NCBI GenBank assembly: GCA_963674865.2
Contig: CAXXYE010000006.1
Location: 192,001 to 256,000, forward strand
DNA length: 64,000 bases
Direction of reading: 5' to 3'
DNA from: Candidatus Hydrogenedentota bacterium
Lineage (GTDB): Bacteria; Hydrogenedentota; Hydrogenedentia; Hydrogenedentales; SLHB01
Part shown: positions 1-11,395 of the stretch, piece after piece
Layout of the letters: each line of letters starts with the position of its first letter
Position numbering within the stretch: position 1 is the stretch's first letter
Notes under the pieces: model-generated
The model's input: the letters and a program-made list of their open reading frames with translations, nothing else
What the model was told of the DNA's origin: nothing
Databases searched by the model: none
Program-made: the position numbers and the translations under genes

Positions 1-77
1 TGCTGCTCCTGGCGGGCGTCGTTGTTGGCTGTATCCAGGCGTGGTACTGGATCACGCGGGAGAGTAAAGGTGAGTAG
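1..77 (+). CDS. atpQ: N-ATPase AtpQ (AtpZ/AtpI family) membrane protein, 3' end only
   Basis: The frame from nt 3 reads LLLAGVVVGCIQAWYWITRESKGE*, matching the typical AtpQ C-terminus (GxxxGCxxAWxW). It overlaps the atpR start. Confidence 0.7.
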   Translation, partial: LLLAGVVVGCIQAWYWITRESKGE

Positions 78-369
78 TCCGGCCGTCATATCCGCTATAT
101 GCTTCATTGCCGGACTGACGCTCGGCTTGTTCTTCTTCGGCGGATTGCGGCTCACCTTGCGCTGGATTACGTCGGTTAGGCGCCCTGCCCTCTTGATCGT
201 GGCCAGCTTTGGCGTGCGAGCGGCCCTGACAGTCGCGGGCTTTGTATGGGTAGGCAACGGCCAGTGGCAGCGCTACGTGGCGGCCTTGGTAGGATTTGTC
301 TTGGCGCGACTGGCGCTCACGCACATCTGGGCGCCCGGAAGAAAGTCCGCCCCGGACGCAACGAGGTAA
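70..369 (+). CDS. atpR: N-ATPase subunit AtpR (ATP synthase subunit I-like)
   Basis: GTG start at 70. Hydrophobic 99 aa protein with FFGGLxxT, SFxxR and GFxxAR motifs, directly upstream of subunit a. Confidence 0.85.
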   Translation: MSSPAVISAICFIAGLTLGLFFFGGLRLTLRWITSVRRPALLIVASFGVRAALTVAGFVWVGNGQWQRYVAALVGFVLARLALTHIWAPGRKSAPDATR

Positions 370-371
370 GC

Positions 372-1094
372 GTGGACATCACCTCCATCACACCGGATGA
401 GACCGTATACTGGACATGGGGCGCATTCCATCTCAACGCGACGATTGTATTTACCTGGGGCGTCATGGCCGTGCTCACTTTCGGATCGTGGCTGATCACG
501 CGTCGGCTGTCCAGCGGCCCCCAGATTTCCCGCTGGGAGAACCTGCTCGAGATGGTGGTCGAATTCACACAGAAGCAGATCCGGGATATCAGCCACCAAG
601 ATCCGGGACAGTACTTGCCCTTTATTGGCGCGCTGTTCCTGTTCATCGCGGTGTCGAACATCCTGTCCGTTGTGCCTGGATTCGTTTCGCCGACAGGTTC
701 GCTCTCGACAACCGCCGCCTTGGCCATCTGCGTGTTTGCTGGCGTCCCGATCTATGGCATCGCGAACGAGGGCCTTGGGCACTACCTGAAGCACTATATC
801 CAGCCCTCCATCATGATGCTTCCATTCAACATCATCGGCGAGTTATCGCGGACACTGGCCCTCGCCGTCCGACTATTCGGCAACGTGATGAGCGGGGCCA
901 AGATCGGCGCCATCTTGTTGGCCGTTACGCCGCTGTTCTTCCCAGTGGTCATGCATCTACTCGGCCTGTTGACGGGCCTGATTCAGGCGTACATTTTCGC
1001 GATCCTCGCGACGGTGTACATCGCTTCCGGGACGCGCGCACGAGCCAAGAAGGAAGGCGCCGCCGATGCGGCAGAGCAGGAAGAAAACGCATAA
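372..1094 (+). CDS. atpB: F0 subunit a
   Basis: Motifs PTGSLSTT, SRTLALAVRLFGN (essential Arg) and IQAYIFAIL. GTG start after GAGG. Confidence 0.96.
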   Translation: MDITSITPDETVYWTWGAFHLNATIVFTWGVMAVLTFGSWLITRRLSSGPQISRWENLLEMVVEFTQKQIRDISHQDPGQYLPFIGALFLFIAVSNILSVVPGFVSPTGSLSTTAALAICVFAGVPIYGIANEGLGHYLKHYIQPSIMMLPFNIIGELSRTLALAVRLFGNVMSGAKIGAILLAVTPLFFPVVMHLLGLLTGLIQAYIFAILATVYIASGTRARAKKEGAADAAEQEENA

Positions 1095-1119
1095 TGCAAC
1101 GCAAAAGGAGCATTAGGAT

Positions 1120-1386
1120 ATGGAAAGCGATGCGCTAATCGGAATGATCTCCATTGCCACCGCCGGCATCACCATCGCCGTCGGCTCACTCGGCCCGTCA
1201 CTGGGTGAAGGCCGCGCCGTGTCGGAGGCCCTCCGCGGCATTGCCCAGCAGCCGGATGAGGCCGGCACGATCACGAGAACCTTGTTCGTGGGCCTGGCCA
1301 TGATCGAGTCCACGGCCATTTACTGCTTCGTGGTTTCGATGATCCTGATATTCGCGAACCCGTTCTGGAAGCATTTCATCTCCTAA
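1120..1386 (+). CDS. atpE: F0 subunit c (N-ATPase type, Na+-binding motif)
   Basis: Two TM helices with a QQP loop, GEG in helix 1 and ESTAIY in helix 2. AAGGAG RBS. Confidence 0.97.
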   Translation: MESDALIGMISIATAGITIAVGSLGPSLGEGRAVSEALRGIAQQPDEAGTITRTLFVGLAMIESTAIYCFVVSMILIFANPFWKHFIS

Positions 1387-1457
1387 GGCGCCGGCCGACG
1401 GCAACGCCATGAGAACACTCAAGGAGATACACTTCGCCGCGAACGGGAGGATTGGCC

Positions 1458-2279
1458 GTGCTGATTGATTGGTTCACCGTGATCGCCCAGATTGTCAACT
1501 TTCTGGTGCTCGTCCTTCTGCTAAGGATCTTTCTTTACAAGCGCATTGTTGCGGCCATGGACAAGCGCAGGCAGGAAATCGCCGCCCGCCTCGACGACGC
1601 CGAAGCCAAGAAGGAGCAAGCCGCTACCGAGGCTGAGGCGTACCAACAGAAAAACCGCGAATGGGATGAACAGCGCAAGGAATTGATCGAGAAAGCCCGG
1701 GAAGAGGCGGAAGAGCGGCGGCAGGAATTGATACGCGAGGCGCAAGCCGGGGTGAAGGAGCTTGAGGCCGGATGGCGGCGCATGTTTCAGGAGGAAGCAG
1801 AGCAATTCATGGTGGAGTTGCGCCGGCGTACGTCCGAGCAAGTCTGCGCCTTGTCAGGCAAGGCGATGAAGGAATTGGCCAACGCGACACTCGAAGGCCA
1901 GCTTATCCGGACATTCCTGGACAAGATCTCAAACATCGATGCCGATCAGCGTCAGACGCTAACCGCGGAGACGCAAGACGCCGAACATGCCGCGATCTTG
2001 GCGACGGCTTTCGAGGTGCCCGCAGAGCAGCAGGCGGAACTAGCCAACGCCCTGGGCCGCTTCTTCGGAGATGCCCGCGAGGTCCGGTTCGAGCAGGCGC
2101 CTGAGCTGATCTGTGGGATCGAGCTCCGGGCCGGCGGCCACGCCTTGGGCTGGAATATCGCGGCTTATCTCGAAGGCATCGAAGACGACTTCGCGGACGT
2201 GCTCGCCAAGGGCCGAGCCATCGATGCCGGTGAGGATGATGCCGGGTCGGAAGGGGATGCAGCTCATGACGCCCCATGA
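1458..2279 (+). CDS. atpF: F0 subunit b with fused delta-like C-terminal domain
   Basis: [19 protein letters not shown] anchor, coiled coil and C-terminal PELICGIEL delta/OSCP-like motif. No separate atpH is present. Confidence 0.92.
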   Translation: MLIDWFTVIAQIVNFLVLVLLLRIFLYKRIVAAMDKRRQEIAARLDDAEAKKEQAATEAEAYQQKNREWDEQRKELIEKAREEAEERRQELIREAQAGVKELEAGWRRMFQEEAEQFMVELRRRTSEQVCALSGKAMKELANATLEGQLIRTFLDKISNIDADQRQTLTAETQDAEHAAILATAFEVPAEQQAELANALGRFFGDAREVRFEQAPELICGIELRAGGHALGWNIAAYLEGIEDDFADVLAKGRAIDAGEDDAGSEGDAAHDAP

Positions 2280-3840
2280 CCTCAGCCTGCTATCCGCCGT
2301 TGAAGACACGTTCGCGCGGCTGGGCCGGGCCGTCGAGGACGCGCGCCCCGAGATGGCGCTCCACGAGGTGGGACACGTAACACAGGTTGGCGAAAGCGTC
2401 GTCTTCGTTGACGGTCTGCCGGGGGTCGAATCGGAGGAAGTGGTGCGCTTCCCCGGGAACAAGCTCGGTTTAGCTTACAATCTCGACGCCGGCCAGGTTG
2501 GTGTGATCATGCTCGACGCAAGTGAGGAGATCTCCGCTGGCGATCAGGTGCGCCGCACGGGCCGGGTCATGGACATTCCCGTCGGGGAATCGCTGCTGGG
2601 CCGCGTCGTCGACGCCACCGGACGGCCGCTGGACGACGGCCCGCCCATACCGGCCGCCAAGCGCCTGCCCATCGAGCGCGAGGCTACCGCCATCATGGAT
2701 CGGGCGCCTGTGCAGGTTCCGCTGCAAACGGGCATCAAGGCCATCGACGCCCTCGTCCCCATCGGCCGGGGCCAGCGCGAACTGATCGTCGGCGACCGGC
2801 AGACGGGCAAGACCGCCATCGCGGTGGACACTATCATCAACCAGAGCCGCTACGGCGTCATCTGCATCTACTGCGCCATCGGGCAGCGGAGTTCCGCCGT
2901 GGCCCAGGTCATCGCCGACCTCCGCGAGCGAGGCGCGCTGGAATACTGCGTCCTGGTGGCCACGACGGGGGATGACCCGCCGGGCCTGCAATTCGTCGCG
3001 CCGTACGCCGCCTCGAGCATTGGCGAGGCGTTCATGGAGCAGGGCCGCGACGTCCTCGTCATTTATGATGATCTGACGCAGCACGCACGGGCGTACCGCG
3101 AGCTATCGCTTCTCCTCAGGCGCCCTCCGGGCCGCGAGGCATTCCCGGGCGACATCTTCTACATCCACTCGCGCCTGCTTGAGCGGGCGACGCATCTCAG
3201 CGACGCGCTCGGCGGCGGCTCACTCACCGCGCTCCCGATTGCCGAAACGGAAGCCGAGAACATCTCCGCCTACATTCCAACGAATCTCATCTCGATCACG
3301 GACGGCCAGATCTACCTGTCGCCGAAGCTTTTCCAGCAAGGTATCCTCCCGGCCGTCGACGTGGGGCGTTCCGTCTCGCGCGTCGGCGGAAAGGCACAGC
3401 TTCCGGCCTATCGGACGGTTGCCGGCGATCTCAAACTCGCTTACGCGCAGTTCGAGGAACTCGAGCGATTCAGCCGGTACGGCACGCGGCTCGAAGAAGA
3501 GAAGCGGAAGACCCTCGAGCGAGGCCGCCGCGTGCGGGAGGTGCTCAAGCAACCCCTCTATGAGCCGATTCCTCCCGGCGAGCAGATGGCCACACTCATC
3601 GCCGTGACGGAGGGCCTTTTCGACGGGCTACCCGCCGAGCGGGTGCGCGAGGCCGAGAAGGCCGTTCGCAAGGCCGTGAGTGAGGAGGCACGGGAACGGC
3701 TCGACGGGATCGAGCAAGGGGCCAAATTGACGGATGAGGATCGCGAAGCACTACGTTCAGCGGCGGAAGGGGCCGTCGCACCCATGGTAAAGGCAGACGA
3801 GGATGGAAACCACCGAGAGCCTGCGGGGCCGCCTGAATAG
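2266..3840 (+). CDS. atpA: F1 subunit alpha (alternate/N-type)
   Basis: Walker [19 protein letters not shown] and [10 protein letters not shown]. The start could also be 2257. Confidence 0.97.
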   Translation: MTPHDLSLLSAVEDTFARLGRAVEDARPEMALHEVGHVTQVGESVVFVDGLPGVESEEVVRFPGNKLGLAYNLDAGQVGVIMLDASEEISAGDQVRRTGRVMDIPVGESLLGRVVDATGRPLDDGPPIPAAKRLPIEREATAIMDRAPVQVPLQTGIKAIDALVPIGRGQRELIVGDRQTGKTAIAVDTIINQSRYGVICIYCAIGQRSSAVAQVIADLRERGALEYCVLVATTGDDPPGLQFVAPYAASSIGEAFMEQGRDVLVIYDDLTQHARAYRELSLLLRRPPGREAFPGDIFYIHSRLLERATHLSDALGGGSLTALPIAETEAENISAYIPTNLISITDGQIYLSPKLFQQGILPAVDVGRSVSRVGGKAQLPAYRTVAGDLKLAYAQFEELERFSRYGTRLEEEKRKTLERGRRVREVLKQPLYEPIPPGEQMATLIAVTEGLFDGLPAERVREAEKAVRKAVSEEARERLDGIEQGAKLTDEDREALRSAAEGAVAPMVKADEDGNHREPAGPPE

Positions 3841-4693
3841 CGCGCGCGAACTTCAGTCCGTCGTGCGAACCATGAAGGGGATGGCCGCCGTCAACATCCG
3901 CCAGTACCAGCGCTCCGTTGAATCGCTGGTGGAATACACGCGCGCGGTGGGATTAGGTTTTCAGGCTCTTGCGCGCCGCTGCCCGCAATGCCTAGACGCG
4001 TCGGCGGACACATCAGGTGTGGCGATGGCCGTGGTGTTCGGCTCCGACCAGGGCATGTGCGGCCCCCTCAACCGGGAGATCGCCGCGCACGCCCTCGAAC
4101 ACCTGGACAAGGTAGAGCCGGATCGCAACCGGCGTCTCGTAGCCGCCGTGGGCGTACGCGTTACGGGGGAACTCGAGGGCGCAGGGCAGCCTGTTCAAAC
4201 GACGTTCCCGCTGCCAAGCGCCGTCACCGGCCTCGTGACAGGCGTGGACGATCTACTCGTAGCCATCGAGGAGTGGCGCAGCGAGCAGCCCGTCCACCAG
4301 GTGACGCTCTTCCATCAGGAGCCGCGTATGGGCGCTTCGTACGAGCCGCGGACGGTTTCCCTGCTGCCGCTCGACACGGATTGGCTGCGCTCGCTAGCCG
4401 CGGAGCCCTGGCCGACGCGAATGCTGCCGACGTTCACCACCGACTGGCAAACGCTCTTCGCCGCCTTGGTGCGGGAGCATCTCTTCGGAGCGCTCTTCCG
4501 CGCGCTTGCGGAATCCCTCGCGAGCGAGAACGCCGCGCGTTTGGCCGCGATGCAGGCCGCGGAGAACAACATCGAAGAGAAGATCGAGCAGCTACAGGCC
4601 GCGTTTCACCGGACTCGTCAGGCGGCAATCACCGAGGAATTGCTCGATGTCATTGCCGGCTTCGAGGTGCTCAAACAGGACGGAGCGCGTTAG
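3803..4693 (+). CDS. atpG: F1 subunit gamma
   Basis: [25 protein letters not shown] and RQAAITEEL. Confidence 0.96.
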   Translation: METTESLRGRLNSARELQSVVRTMKGMAAVNIRQYQRSVESLVEYTRAVGLGFQALARRCPQCLDASADTSGVAMAVVFGSDQGMCGPLNREIAAHALEHLDKVEPDRNRRLVAAVGVRVTGELEGAGQPVQTTFPLPSAVTGLVTGVDDLLVAIEEWRSEQPVHQVTLFHQEPRMGASYEPRTVSLLPLDTDWLRSLAAEPWPTRMLPTFTTDWQTLFAALVREHLFGALFRALAESLASENAARLAAMQAAENNIEEKIEQLQAAFHRTRQAAITEELLDVIAGFEVLKQDGAR

Positions 4694-4742
4694 AGCCGGC
4701 AACGCACACGCACTCTCAGCGAATTCCCCCACAGGTTAACCG

Positions 4743-5918
4743 ATGAAATCTGAACATAGCGCCGTATTCAGCCGGAACACACGCGACTTGGCGACGATCT
4801 CGCTCGCCTTTTTTTTCGCCTTCCTGGGCGCGGGCGCATGCCAGCCCTTTGTCGTGAGCTACGTGCACGAGGCAAGAGAGTTCTCCCTCGCCCAAGCATC
4901 ACTCGTCCTGTCCACCGTCTATTTCACGTTCGCGGTGTTCCGCTTCTGCATCGGCTTCATCATCGACCGCACCGGATTGCACGTGGCCAAGATCGCCGGC
5001 GTAGCGACCTATGCCTTCTTCCCGCTGGCTGTATACAGCCTGCATTCATTCCCCCTGCTGCTATTCGCGAGCGCGATCTGGGGCATGGGCGCGCCAATGC
5101 TTTGGACGGGGTCGCTGGTGCAAGTCATGAACACCTCCCCGCAGACACGCTACGGTGCGGCGACGGGCATAGTCCGCGGCACGGTGATGCTCGCCGTGTT
5201 TCTGGGCACCTACCTGCTCTCGTTCATCTACGCCCGCCGAGGATATGAAGCCGTCTTCCTGACGGCCTTCGTCCTCGGCCTCGTGGCGCTCCTCGCCATG
5301 AGCTTCTCGCCCAACCGCCCCGTAGAACGCAAGAAGCCGGAGTTGCGCCGGTTCTTCGAGATCATGCGACGGCGCGAGACGAGGATTGTCGCCGTCTTTC
5401 TCCTATGCTCCGGGCTGGGCTACGGCGTGATTCTCAACGGCCTCAAGGGCCACATCGAAGTGCTGTGCGGCCGGTACTGGCTCGAGCGCATCCTGCCCTT
5501 GTACTCGCTGGCCGCCATCGGCTCGAACTACCTCGGCGGCCATCTCTGCGATCGCATCGGGCGATGGCGAACCTTCGGCTGGGGATTTGCGCTGGGCGCG
5601 GTAGCCATGGCCATGGGCTGGGCGTTTACGGCGCGCGGCATGCTCATGGGTGCGATGCTGCTCCTGGGCGTTCAATTTGCCGTCGTGCCGCTGGCGGCCT
5701 TTGCCTGGATCGGCGATACCACCACGCCCGCCGACCGCGCCTCCGTTATGGGATACATCGCCTGCTTCCGCGACCTCGGCATCGCGCTGGCCATCCAGCT
5801 CGGCGGGCTGCTGCCAAACCCAAGGACAAATCTGCTTGTCTTCGCCGTCATTTCGGCAATCTGCGCGGTTGTCGCTTTCACTGTGAAAAAAGGCACACCG
5901 GCGGGAGACACAGCCTAA
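4743..5918 (+). CDS. MFS transporter
   Basis: About 12 hydrophobic segments, with motif-A-like GFIIDRTG and GGHLCDRIGRW. Confidence 0.88.
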   Translation: MKSEHSAVFSRNTRDLATISLAFFFAFLGAGACQPFVVSYVHEAREFSLAQASLVLSTVYFTFAVFRFCIGFIIDRTGLHVAKIAGVATYAFFPLAVYSLHSFPLLLFASAIWGMGAPMLWTGSLVQVMNTSPQTRYGAATGIVRGTVMLAVFLGTYLLSFIYARRGYEAVFLTAFVLGLVALLAMSFSPNRPVERKKPELRRFFEIMRRRETRIVAVFLLCSGLGYGVILNGLKGHIEVLCGRYWLERILPLYSLAAIGSNYLGGHLCDRIGRWRTFGWGFALGAVAMAMGWAFTARGMLMGAMLLLGVQFAVVPLAAFAWIGDTTTPADRASVMGYIACFRDLGIALAIQLGGLLPNPRTNLLVFAVISAICAVVAFTVKKGTPAGDTA

Positions 5919-6004
5919 CAAGGGTAGTCTTCTTGTGGCGATCCCGTTTGCGGCCGCGGCGCAGCCCAGCTATGATCGCGCGGCACATCCGGCAGGAGAG
6001 ACAA

Positions 6005-7051
6005 ATGGACAACGCAGACAATCAGGAACAGCGCTCCCTTGTGGAAGAGATCAAACACAAGCAGGGACGGTACGGCGGATTCTGCTTTGGCGGACAGCAG
6101 CCCGACGGCGTGGTCGTCCGTAATCCGCTGCCAGCGACGACGGTGTTCCCGAACGGGGCGCGCGCCGCGCTGCTATTGACGTTTGATGTCGAGGGCACCT
6201 ACGGAAACGGCACGGGCAACATGCAGCGTGAGATCGACAACTACGGACGGCTCTGCGAGCGCTTGGCGGCACGCGGCATCCCAGCCACCTTCAACATCGT
6301 CGGGCAAATGGCGGAGGAACAAGGCCCCGGCTTCGTCGAGCGCATGTGGGACGCCGGCTCCGAAGTCGCCGCCCACGGCTACGTCCACGATATGAACAAA
6401 CGCTACGGCGGCGCCGATGCGTACGCCGGTCACTACGGCCCGGAGGAGAATCTCGAGCAGGTTCGGGACGGCGTAGCGGCCATCAACGCTATCCGGCCCG
6501 GCCTCGTTCGCGGCGTGCGGATTCCCTACGGCCATTTCAATGAATTCACCTACGACGCCATCGAGGCTCTTGGGCTCACATGGTCCAGCAACGTCGGCAT
6601 CGAGGACTTCCTAATCCCCGGCAACGGATTCGGCCCGGCCCCGTTTCAGATGCAGCTCGGGGACAAGCCCTATCCCATCGTCGAGATCCCGCTGGACAGT
6701 CAAACCTATGATTGGTCGATATGGATGGCCGATGAAATCGCCAACAGCACCTTCGTCGAGAGTGTCCGCCGGTACTGCGCCTTGAGAAACGTCCCCTTCA
6801 AGCGCACGCCGGCCGGGGCGGCCGATATCTGGCGGGCGCGCATGCGCGACACCGTCGAATCAGGAAGCGTTTTCACACTCCTGTGTCATCCCATCAATCT
6901 GGCGGCGCCAAGTGATCGATGGGGTGACCCGGTAGAAAAATTCCTCTTCCCGGTGATCGATGGCTTGGCGCGACTTCACCAGGAGAATCAGGCCTGGGCT
7001 TGCACCTGTGGCCAACTCGCCGACTTCTACCGCGAGAGGACGGGCATGTAG
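6005..7051 (+). CDS. Polysaccharide deacetylase (CE4/NodB-like) family protein
   Basis: Motifs LTFDVE, HGYVH, RIPYG and LCHP. ATG at 6005 after AGGAG. Confidence 0.85.
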   Translation: MDNADNQEQRSLVEEIKHKQGRYGGFCFGGQQPDGVVVRNPLPATTVFPNGARAALLLTFDVEGTYGNGTGNMQREIDNYGRLCERLAARGIPATFNIVGQMAEEQGPGFVERMWDAGSEVAAHGYVHDMNKRYGGADAYAGHYGPEENLEQVRDGVAAINAIRPGLVRGVRIPYGHFNEFTYDAIEALGLTWSSNVGIEDFLIPGNGFGPAPFQMQLGDKPYPIVEIPLDSQTYDWSIWMADEIANSTFVESVRRYCALRNVPFKRTPAGAADIWRARMRDTVESGSVFTLLCHPINLAAPSDRWGDPVEKFLFPVIDGLARLHQENQAWACTCGQLADFYRERTGM

Positions 7052-7083
7052 CCAAGAGGCGTCAGCGCGTTGCCTGCGTTCCT

Positions 7084-8688
7084 TCAGAATGAGACACCTG
7101 TCTCGAAGTGGAGACAATCCGCGTCATCACCGTGGGAGCCGCCGATAAATTCCAGGCCATTGGACGTCACGAAGTTGCCGTCTTCCAGCCCGTCACCGAC
7201 AAACAGGTGATCCCAACCCACGCAGAAGTACACGTCGTCGCTGTAGTAATAGGTGGCGCTTACGTCAATCTCCCAACCGAGTTCATCATCATTGTCGGAT
7301 GTCAAGAACCCGAGATCTGAGAAGAGGGGAAGGCGGAGCCGGTAGTTGCCGAATACCTTGCCCAGGTCGACATGCAGAGGCGCCTCGAACACCTCGTCGG
7401 CGAGGTAATATCCGGCACACATCGCCAGCTCCAGCTTCTCGCTCGGCGCTACCTCGACGCCTACGCTGAAGAGGTGGGCGTTGGACATCTCCGAACCGTC
7501 AAGTATCCCGCTGTAAGACCAGTTCGAGAAGAGGCGATTGAAGCTGACGCTCGAACCGGCGGAATAGAAGGGGTTGTACAAGGCCCCCAGCCATTTGGCG
7601 ACGCCGATCTCGCGGCCGTCTTCGCCCTGGAAATATCCGTATCCCGCAAACAGCCGCGGCTCCCAGGGCGCGTCGAAGGCATAACCAATGCAGAGATTGG
7701 CGGCCCAGGCGTCGTATTCGGCGCTATCATCGCCGTAAAGGACAGGCGTGAAGAGGCCCCCGGCCTGGCCTGCTTCGCCCCACTGGTAGGCCAACTCAGC
7801 CTCGAAATCGACGGCCCCAAACTCACCCGCGGCGCGGAGGCCTACGGTGTGAATACTGGTTGCGTCGTAATCGTCGACGCCAAACAGATCCTCCACCCAT
7901 TCGCCGACGTACGAGAGCTGCGTATCCTTGATGGCGCGAGCGTCGCGCAACCACATCCAATACACGTCGAAGGTGACGTTCTCCACGGCCTCACAGCTAC
8001 CGTAGACGCCGTAGAAATCGGTGTCGCCATCCTCTTCCGCGGGACTGTTTTCGGCCAACTTGCCCCACCAGGCATCGACGCTCCACACGTCGCTCGTGAA
8101 GTTCAGGCGGACGGCGTCAAATGACAACCCCCATGCCGGCCCGGGCCCATCCGTGTTAGGCCCCACGAGCCACTCGCCGCCGAAGCTCAGTTCCTGGCGG
8201 CCGATGCGAAGGGCCAGGGGATATCCAAACAACTCGCGCGCCTCGACATAGGCCTGGTAGATCTCGACATCGTCCGCCGACACGCCGCGTCCATCGCCGC
8301 CGGTAATCCAGTTGGAGCGGAAGTCCTCGCCCCATACGTCGACACTGTCCAGCTCGATAAAGGCCCGGACTTCATCGGTAAACTCAGCGTCGGCGTGCAG
8401 GCGTGTCCATTGCGAGATCAGGGAATAGCCGTGTCCGTGATCGTCAAATCCATAGCCGCTGAAGATCCCATTGCCGGCGCCGATGCCCGTTCCAATGGGA
8501 CGGCCCGAGAGAGCGTTGGCGGGCCATCGGAGGCCTGTTCCGGGCGGCTCTACATTGCGATAGTACTCCCCGAGGATGACAATATCGCCCCCGAGTTCCA
8601 CGCTCTGGAGCTCGGCACGGCCCGCGTATGCGAGAGCCAGCATACAAGCGGCGAACACCACGATCTTAAGCGCATGTCTTGCCAACAT
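7084..8688 (-). CDS. Alginate export (AlgE-like) family outer-membrane beta-barrel
   Basis: Signal peptide, YQAYVE, LRIGRQEL, SFDAVR, FEAELAYQWG and ELGWEID, with a C-terminal Phe. Confidence 0.8.
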   Translation of the reverse strand: MLARHALKIVVFAACMLALAYAGRAELQSVELGGDIVILGEYYRNVEPPGTGLRWPANALSGRPIGTGIGAGNGIFSGYGFDDHGHGYSLISQWTRLHADAEFTDEVRAFIELDSVDVWGEDFRSNWITGGDGRGVSADDVEIYQAYVEARELFGYPLALRIGRQELSFGGEWLVGPNTDGPGPAWGLSFDAVRLNFTSDVWSVDAWWGKLAENSPAEEDGDTDFYGVYGSCEAVENVTFDVYWMWLRDARAIKDTQLSYVGEWVEDLFGVDDYDATSIHTVGLRAAGEFGAVDFEAELAYQWGEAGQAGGLFTPVLYGDDSAEYDAWAANLCIGYAFDAPWEPRLFAGYGYFQGEDGREIGVAKWLGALYNPFYSAGSSVSFNRLFSNWSYSGILDGSEMSNAHLFSVGVEVAPSEKLELAMCAGYYLADEVFEAPLHVDLGKVFGNYRLRLPLFSDLGFLTSDNDDELGWEIDVSATYYYSDDVYFCVGWDHLFVGDGLEDGNFVTSNGLEFIGGSHGDDADCLHFETGVSF

Positions 8689-8794
8689 ATTCGATTTCTC
8701 TCCTTCCCGCGTCCGGGCCGCTTAAGGGGCCGAGACGTTCTTCCTCGCGCAAAGACCGACAACACCGGCCTTTGAGTCAGACACATATACCGTT

Positions 8795-8968
8795 TCATTT
8801 CCCGCTTCTGGAATCGGCCCGCAAGGCATTTTCGCAAACACCGGCCGCGTCACACGTCTTCTTGCCGCAAGCACAGGCCGGCGCCCGCCCGCTCAACGAG
8901 CGGTAAACCTTGCGAATGCCAAAGGCCGAAGCGAGTCCAACAACGATGATAACCACTGCGGTTTCCAT
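8795..8968 (-). CDS. FeoB-associated Cys-rich small membrane protein
   Basis: 57 aa with an N-terminal TM segment followed by CACGKKTC...C, downstream of feoB. Confidence 0.75.
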   Translation of the reverse strand: METAVVIIVVGLASAFGIRKVYRSLSGRAPACACGKKTCDAAGVCENALRADSRSGK

Positions 8969-9119
8969 ATGCATACCTTCTCTCAATCAACGCCTGGCCA
9001 AGGGGGCCGCCCACTCGGCATTTCGCGGCAAGTTCTTTCCCCGCGACTCGTTCTCCAACTGCATAAGTCCGTTCTCTTCAACTCCCCGCGGTTCAAGGTG
9101 CCGCGCAATCCGCCGCAAC

Positions 9120-11243
9120 TCAGGCCACACCGATCCCCAGGCGCGAGCCAACCTGGAAGACGATGAATGTAAGGCCATAGGCCAAGGCGGTAAGCCCGCC
9201 CAATTGGAAAAGGGCCCATTTCCACGAGTTGGTTTCGCGCTTGGTGACGGCAATAGTCGCCATACAAGGCGCACTCACCAGACAGAATAACATGATACAG
9301 AAGGCCACCAGCGGCGAGTGATTCGCTCGAAGTCTGTCGCGCAACGCCTCGGACTCCTCGTCCGCCTCACCTATGGAGTAGACGATGCCCAACTGGGCAA
9401 CGAACACTTCCTTCGCGGCAAAGGCGCCAAGTAGCGCCGTCCCAATGCGCCAATCGAAGCCGAGAGGCTTCAGCAAGGGCTCCAGCCCGTGCCCAATCCG
9501 CCCCGAAATCGAGTGGGCCAGCTCCTCGGCGTGCTGCTCATTTGCCAAGCGCTCCGCCTCTTCTTCCATGCCCTGCTCCTCGTATCGGGCCGTCTCCGCC
9601 TCGTAGTCACGCTGAAACTCAGGCTTCTTGGGATAGCTCGTCATAGCCCACATCACGATGGAAATTCCCAGTATGAGCGTACCGGCCTTCTTGAGGTAGA
9701 GCCACCCGCGCTCCCACACGTGAACGGCTACGCCTCGTATCGTAGGCATGCGGTAGGGCGGCAGTTCCATGACGAGAGGGTGTGTTTCCCCTTTGAAAAG
9801 AGTTGAGCGGAGGCATTTTGCCGCGAGGACAGCCAGCACGACGCCGATGAGGTAGATCAGCCAGAGCATAGGAGCGTGCAGGCTTCGCGGGAAGAAGGCC
9901 GGGATAAGTAAGGCGTAGATGGGCAGACGGGCGCCGCAACTCATGAGCGGCGTCACGAGGATGGTGGTGAGCCGATCACGTTCATTTTCCAGTGTGCGTG
10001 TGGCCATGATGGCGGGCACGGAGCATCCGAAGCCGATAAGCATTGGGATGAAGCTCTTGCCATGCAGGCCGATCTTGTGCATGAGGCGATCCATGATGAA
10101 GGCTGCCCGTGCCATGTAGCCGGAATCCTCCAGGATGGCGATAGCCAGGAACAGCAGCAGAATGTTGGGAAGGAAGATGATTACGCCCCCCACACCGGCG
10201 ATCACGCCGTCCACCAGAAGGGATCTGAGGGCGCTCTCCGAGCCTTCAGGCCACCAGCCGGACACCGTATCGGCGAGCCAGCCCGTGCCCGCCTCGATCC
10301 AGTCCATAGGCGGCCCGCCCAGCGTAAACGTGAGCTGGAAAACCACGTACATGAGTCCTAAGAAGAGGGGCAGCCCGAGGATACGGTTGGTTACGACCGC
10401 GTCGAGCTTGTCGGACATGTTTCGCCGGGATTCGACGGAGGAGCGAACCGCCTCCCGGCAAGCGCCGGCGATGAAAGCGTAGCGAGAGTCCGCGATCACA
10501 TTCTCCGGCGCATCGCCAAGCCGCACCTCGAGCTGCCTATTGTGTTCCGCCACGGAGCGAAGTACATCCGGCGCCTTTACACGCCTTCGTACCTGCTCAT
10601 CATCCTCCAGTAACTTCAGCGCCATCCACTCGGCGACGTAATCGCCGGAAATGCCATCGCGTGTTGCGATGACCTCCGCCAAATCGGCCTTGGCCTTGTC
10701 CAAGTCAGCGCCATAGGAAATCACCGGCCGCGTGAATGTCACGCTCTTTTCCGCGACGGCGACTACCGCCTCCAGAAGCTCTTTGGCGCCCGTGCCCTTG
10801 ACGGCCGCCATCGGCACAATCGCCACGCCCAGGAGTTCGGATAGCCGCGCCAAGTCAAATTCGATGCCTCGAGCCTTGGCCACATCGCTCATGTTCAGCG
10901 CCAACACCAGCGGCACACCAAGCTCGATGAGTTGCACGGCTAAGTACAGATTGCGCTCAAGGTTGGACGCGTCAAGAACGTCCACCACGGCATCGGGTCG
11001 CTCTTCCACGATGAAGTCCCGTGCCACAACTTCCTCCACGGAATACGCCGTAAGGCTGTACGTGCCCGGCAGGTCTGTTATCTCAAACTCGTAGCCGTTG
11101 TGCTTGCGGCTCCCCTGCCGTTTTTCCACGGTTACGCCGGGATAGTTCCCAACGTGCTGTCTAGCGCCGGTTAACAGGTTAAACAGAGTGGTCTTGCCCG
11201 AATTCGGATTGCCCGCCAACGCTATTCGAATAGTCTTATTCAC
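9120..11243 (-). CDS. feoB: Ferrous iron transporter FeoB
   Basis: G1 [20 protein letters not shown] and NMxD. Membrane domain with [14 protein letters not shown] and PCMAT. Confidence 0.97.
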   Translation of the reverse strand: MNKTIRIALAGNPNSGKTTLFNLLTGARQHVGNYPGVTVEKRQGSRKHNGYEFEITDLPGTYSLTAYSVEEVVARDFIVEERPDAVVDVLDASNLERNLYLAVQLIELGVPLVLALNMSDVAKARGIEFDLARLSELLGVAIVPMAAVKGTGAKELLEAVVAVAEKSVTFTRPVISYGADLDKAKADLAEVIATRDGISGDYVAEWMALKLLEDDEQVRRRVKAPDVLRSVAEHNRQLEVRLGDAPENVIADSRYAFIAGACREAVRSSVESRRNMSDKLDAVVTNRILGLPLFLGLMYVVFQLTFTLGGPPMDWIEAGTGWLADTVSGWWPEGSESALRSLLVDGVIAGVGGVIIFLPNILLLFLAIAILEDSGYMARAAFIMDRLMHKIGLHGKSFIPMLIGFGCSVPAIMATRTLENERDRLTTILVTPLMSCGARLPIYALLIPAFFPRSLHAPMLWLIYLIGVVLAVLAAKCLRSTLFKGETHPLVMELPPYRMPTIRGVAVHVWERGWLYLKKAGTLILGISIVMWAMTSYPKKPEFQRDYEAETARYEEQGMEEEAERLANEQHAEELAHSISGRIGHGLEPLLKPLGFDWRIGTALLGAFAAKEVFVAQLGIVYSIGEADEESEALRDRLRANHSPLVAFCIMLFCLVSAPCMATIAVTKRETNSWKWALFQLGGLTALAYGLTFIVFQVGSRLGIGVA

Positions 11244-11277
11244 GGATGTTTCCTCGCAAGTACGCTACGGCATGAAA

Positions 11278-11295
11278 AGTTGGACATATCAAACT
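11278..11295. promoter_or_regulatory. Putative DtxR-family operator upstream of feoB
   Basis: AGTTGGA-CATA-TCAAACT, a 7-4-7 inverted repeat with one mismatch, about 35 nt upstream of feoB. It matches the site at 12203-12220. Confidence 0.65.
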
Positions 11296-11395
11296 CTCGC
11301 CTCAAAAAAAGGGGGGCGCGAAGATGACGTCTCAGCGTGAGATGACGGCATGGTATGCTCGCTTCACCAGACTCTTAAATTGGTTCATGAACGGC

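Noticed and set aside
5405..6004. Long N-terminal extension of the deacetylase ORF
   Set aside because: It overlaps the MFS gene out of frame with Arg-rich non-coding-like sequence. The RBS supports 6005.
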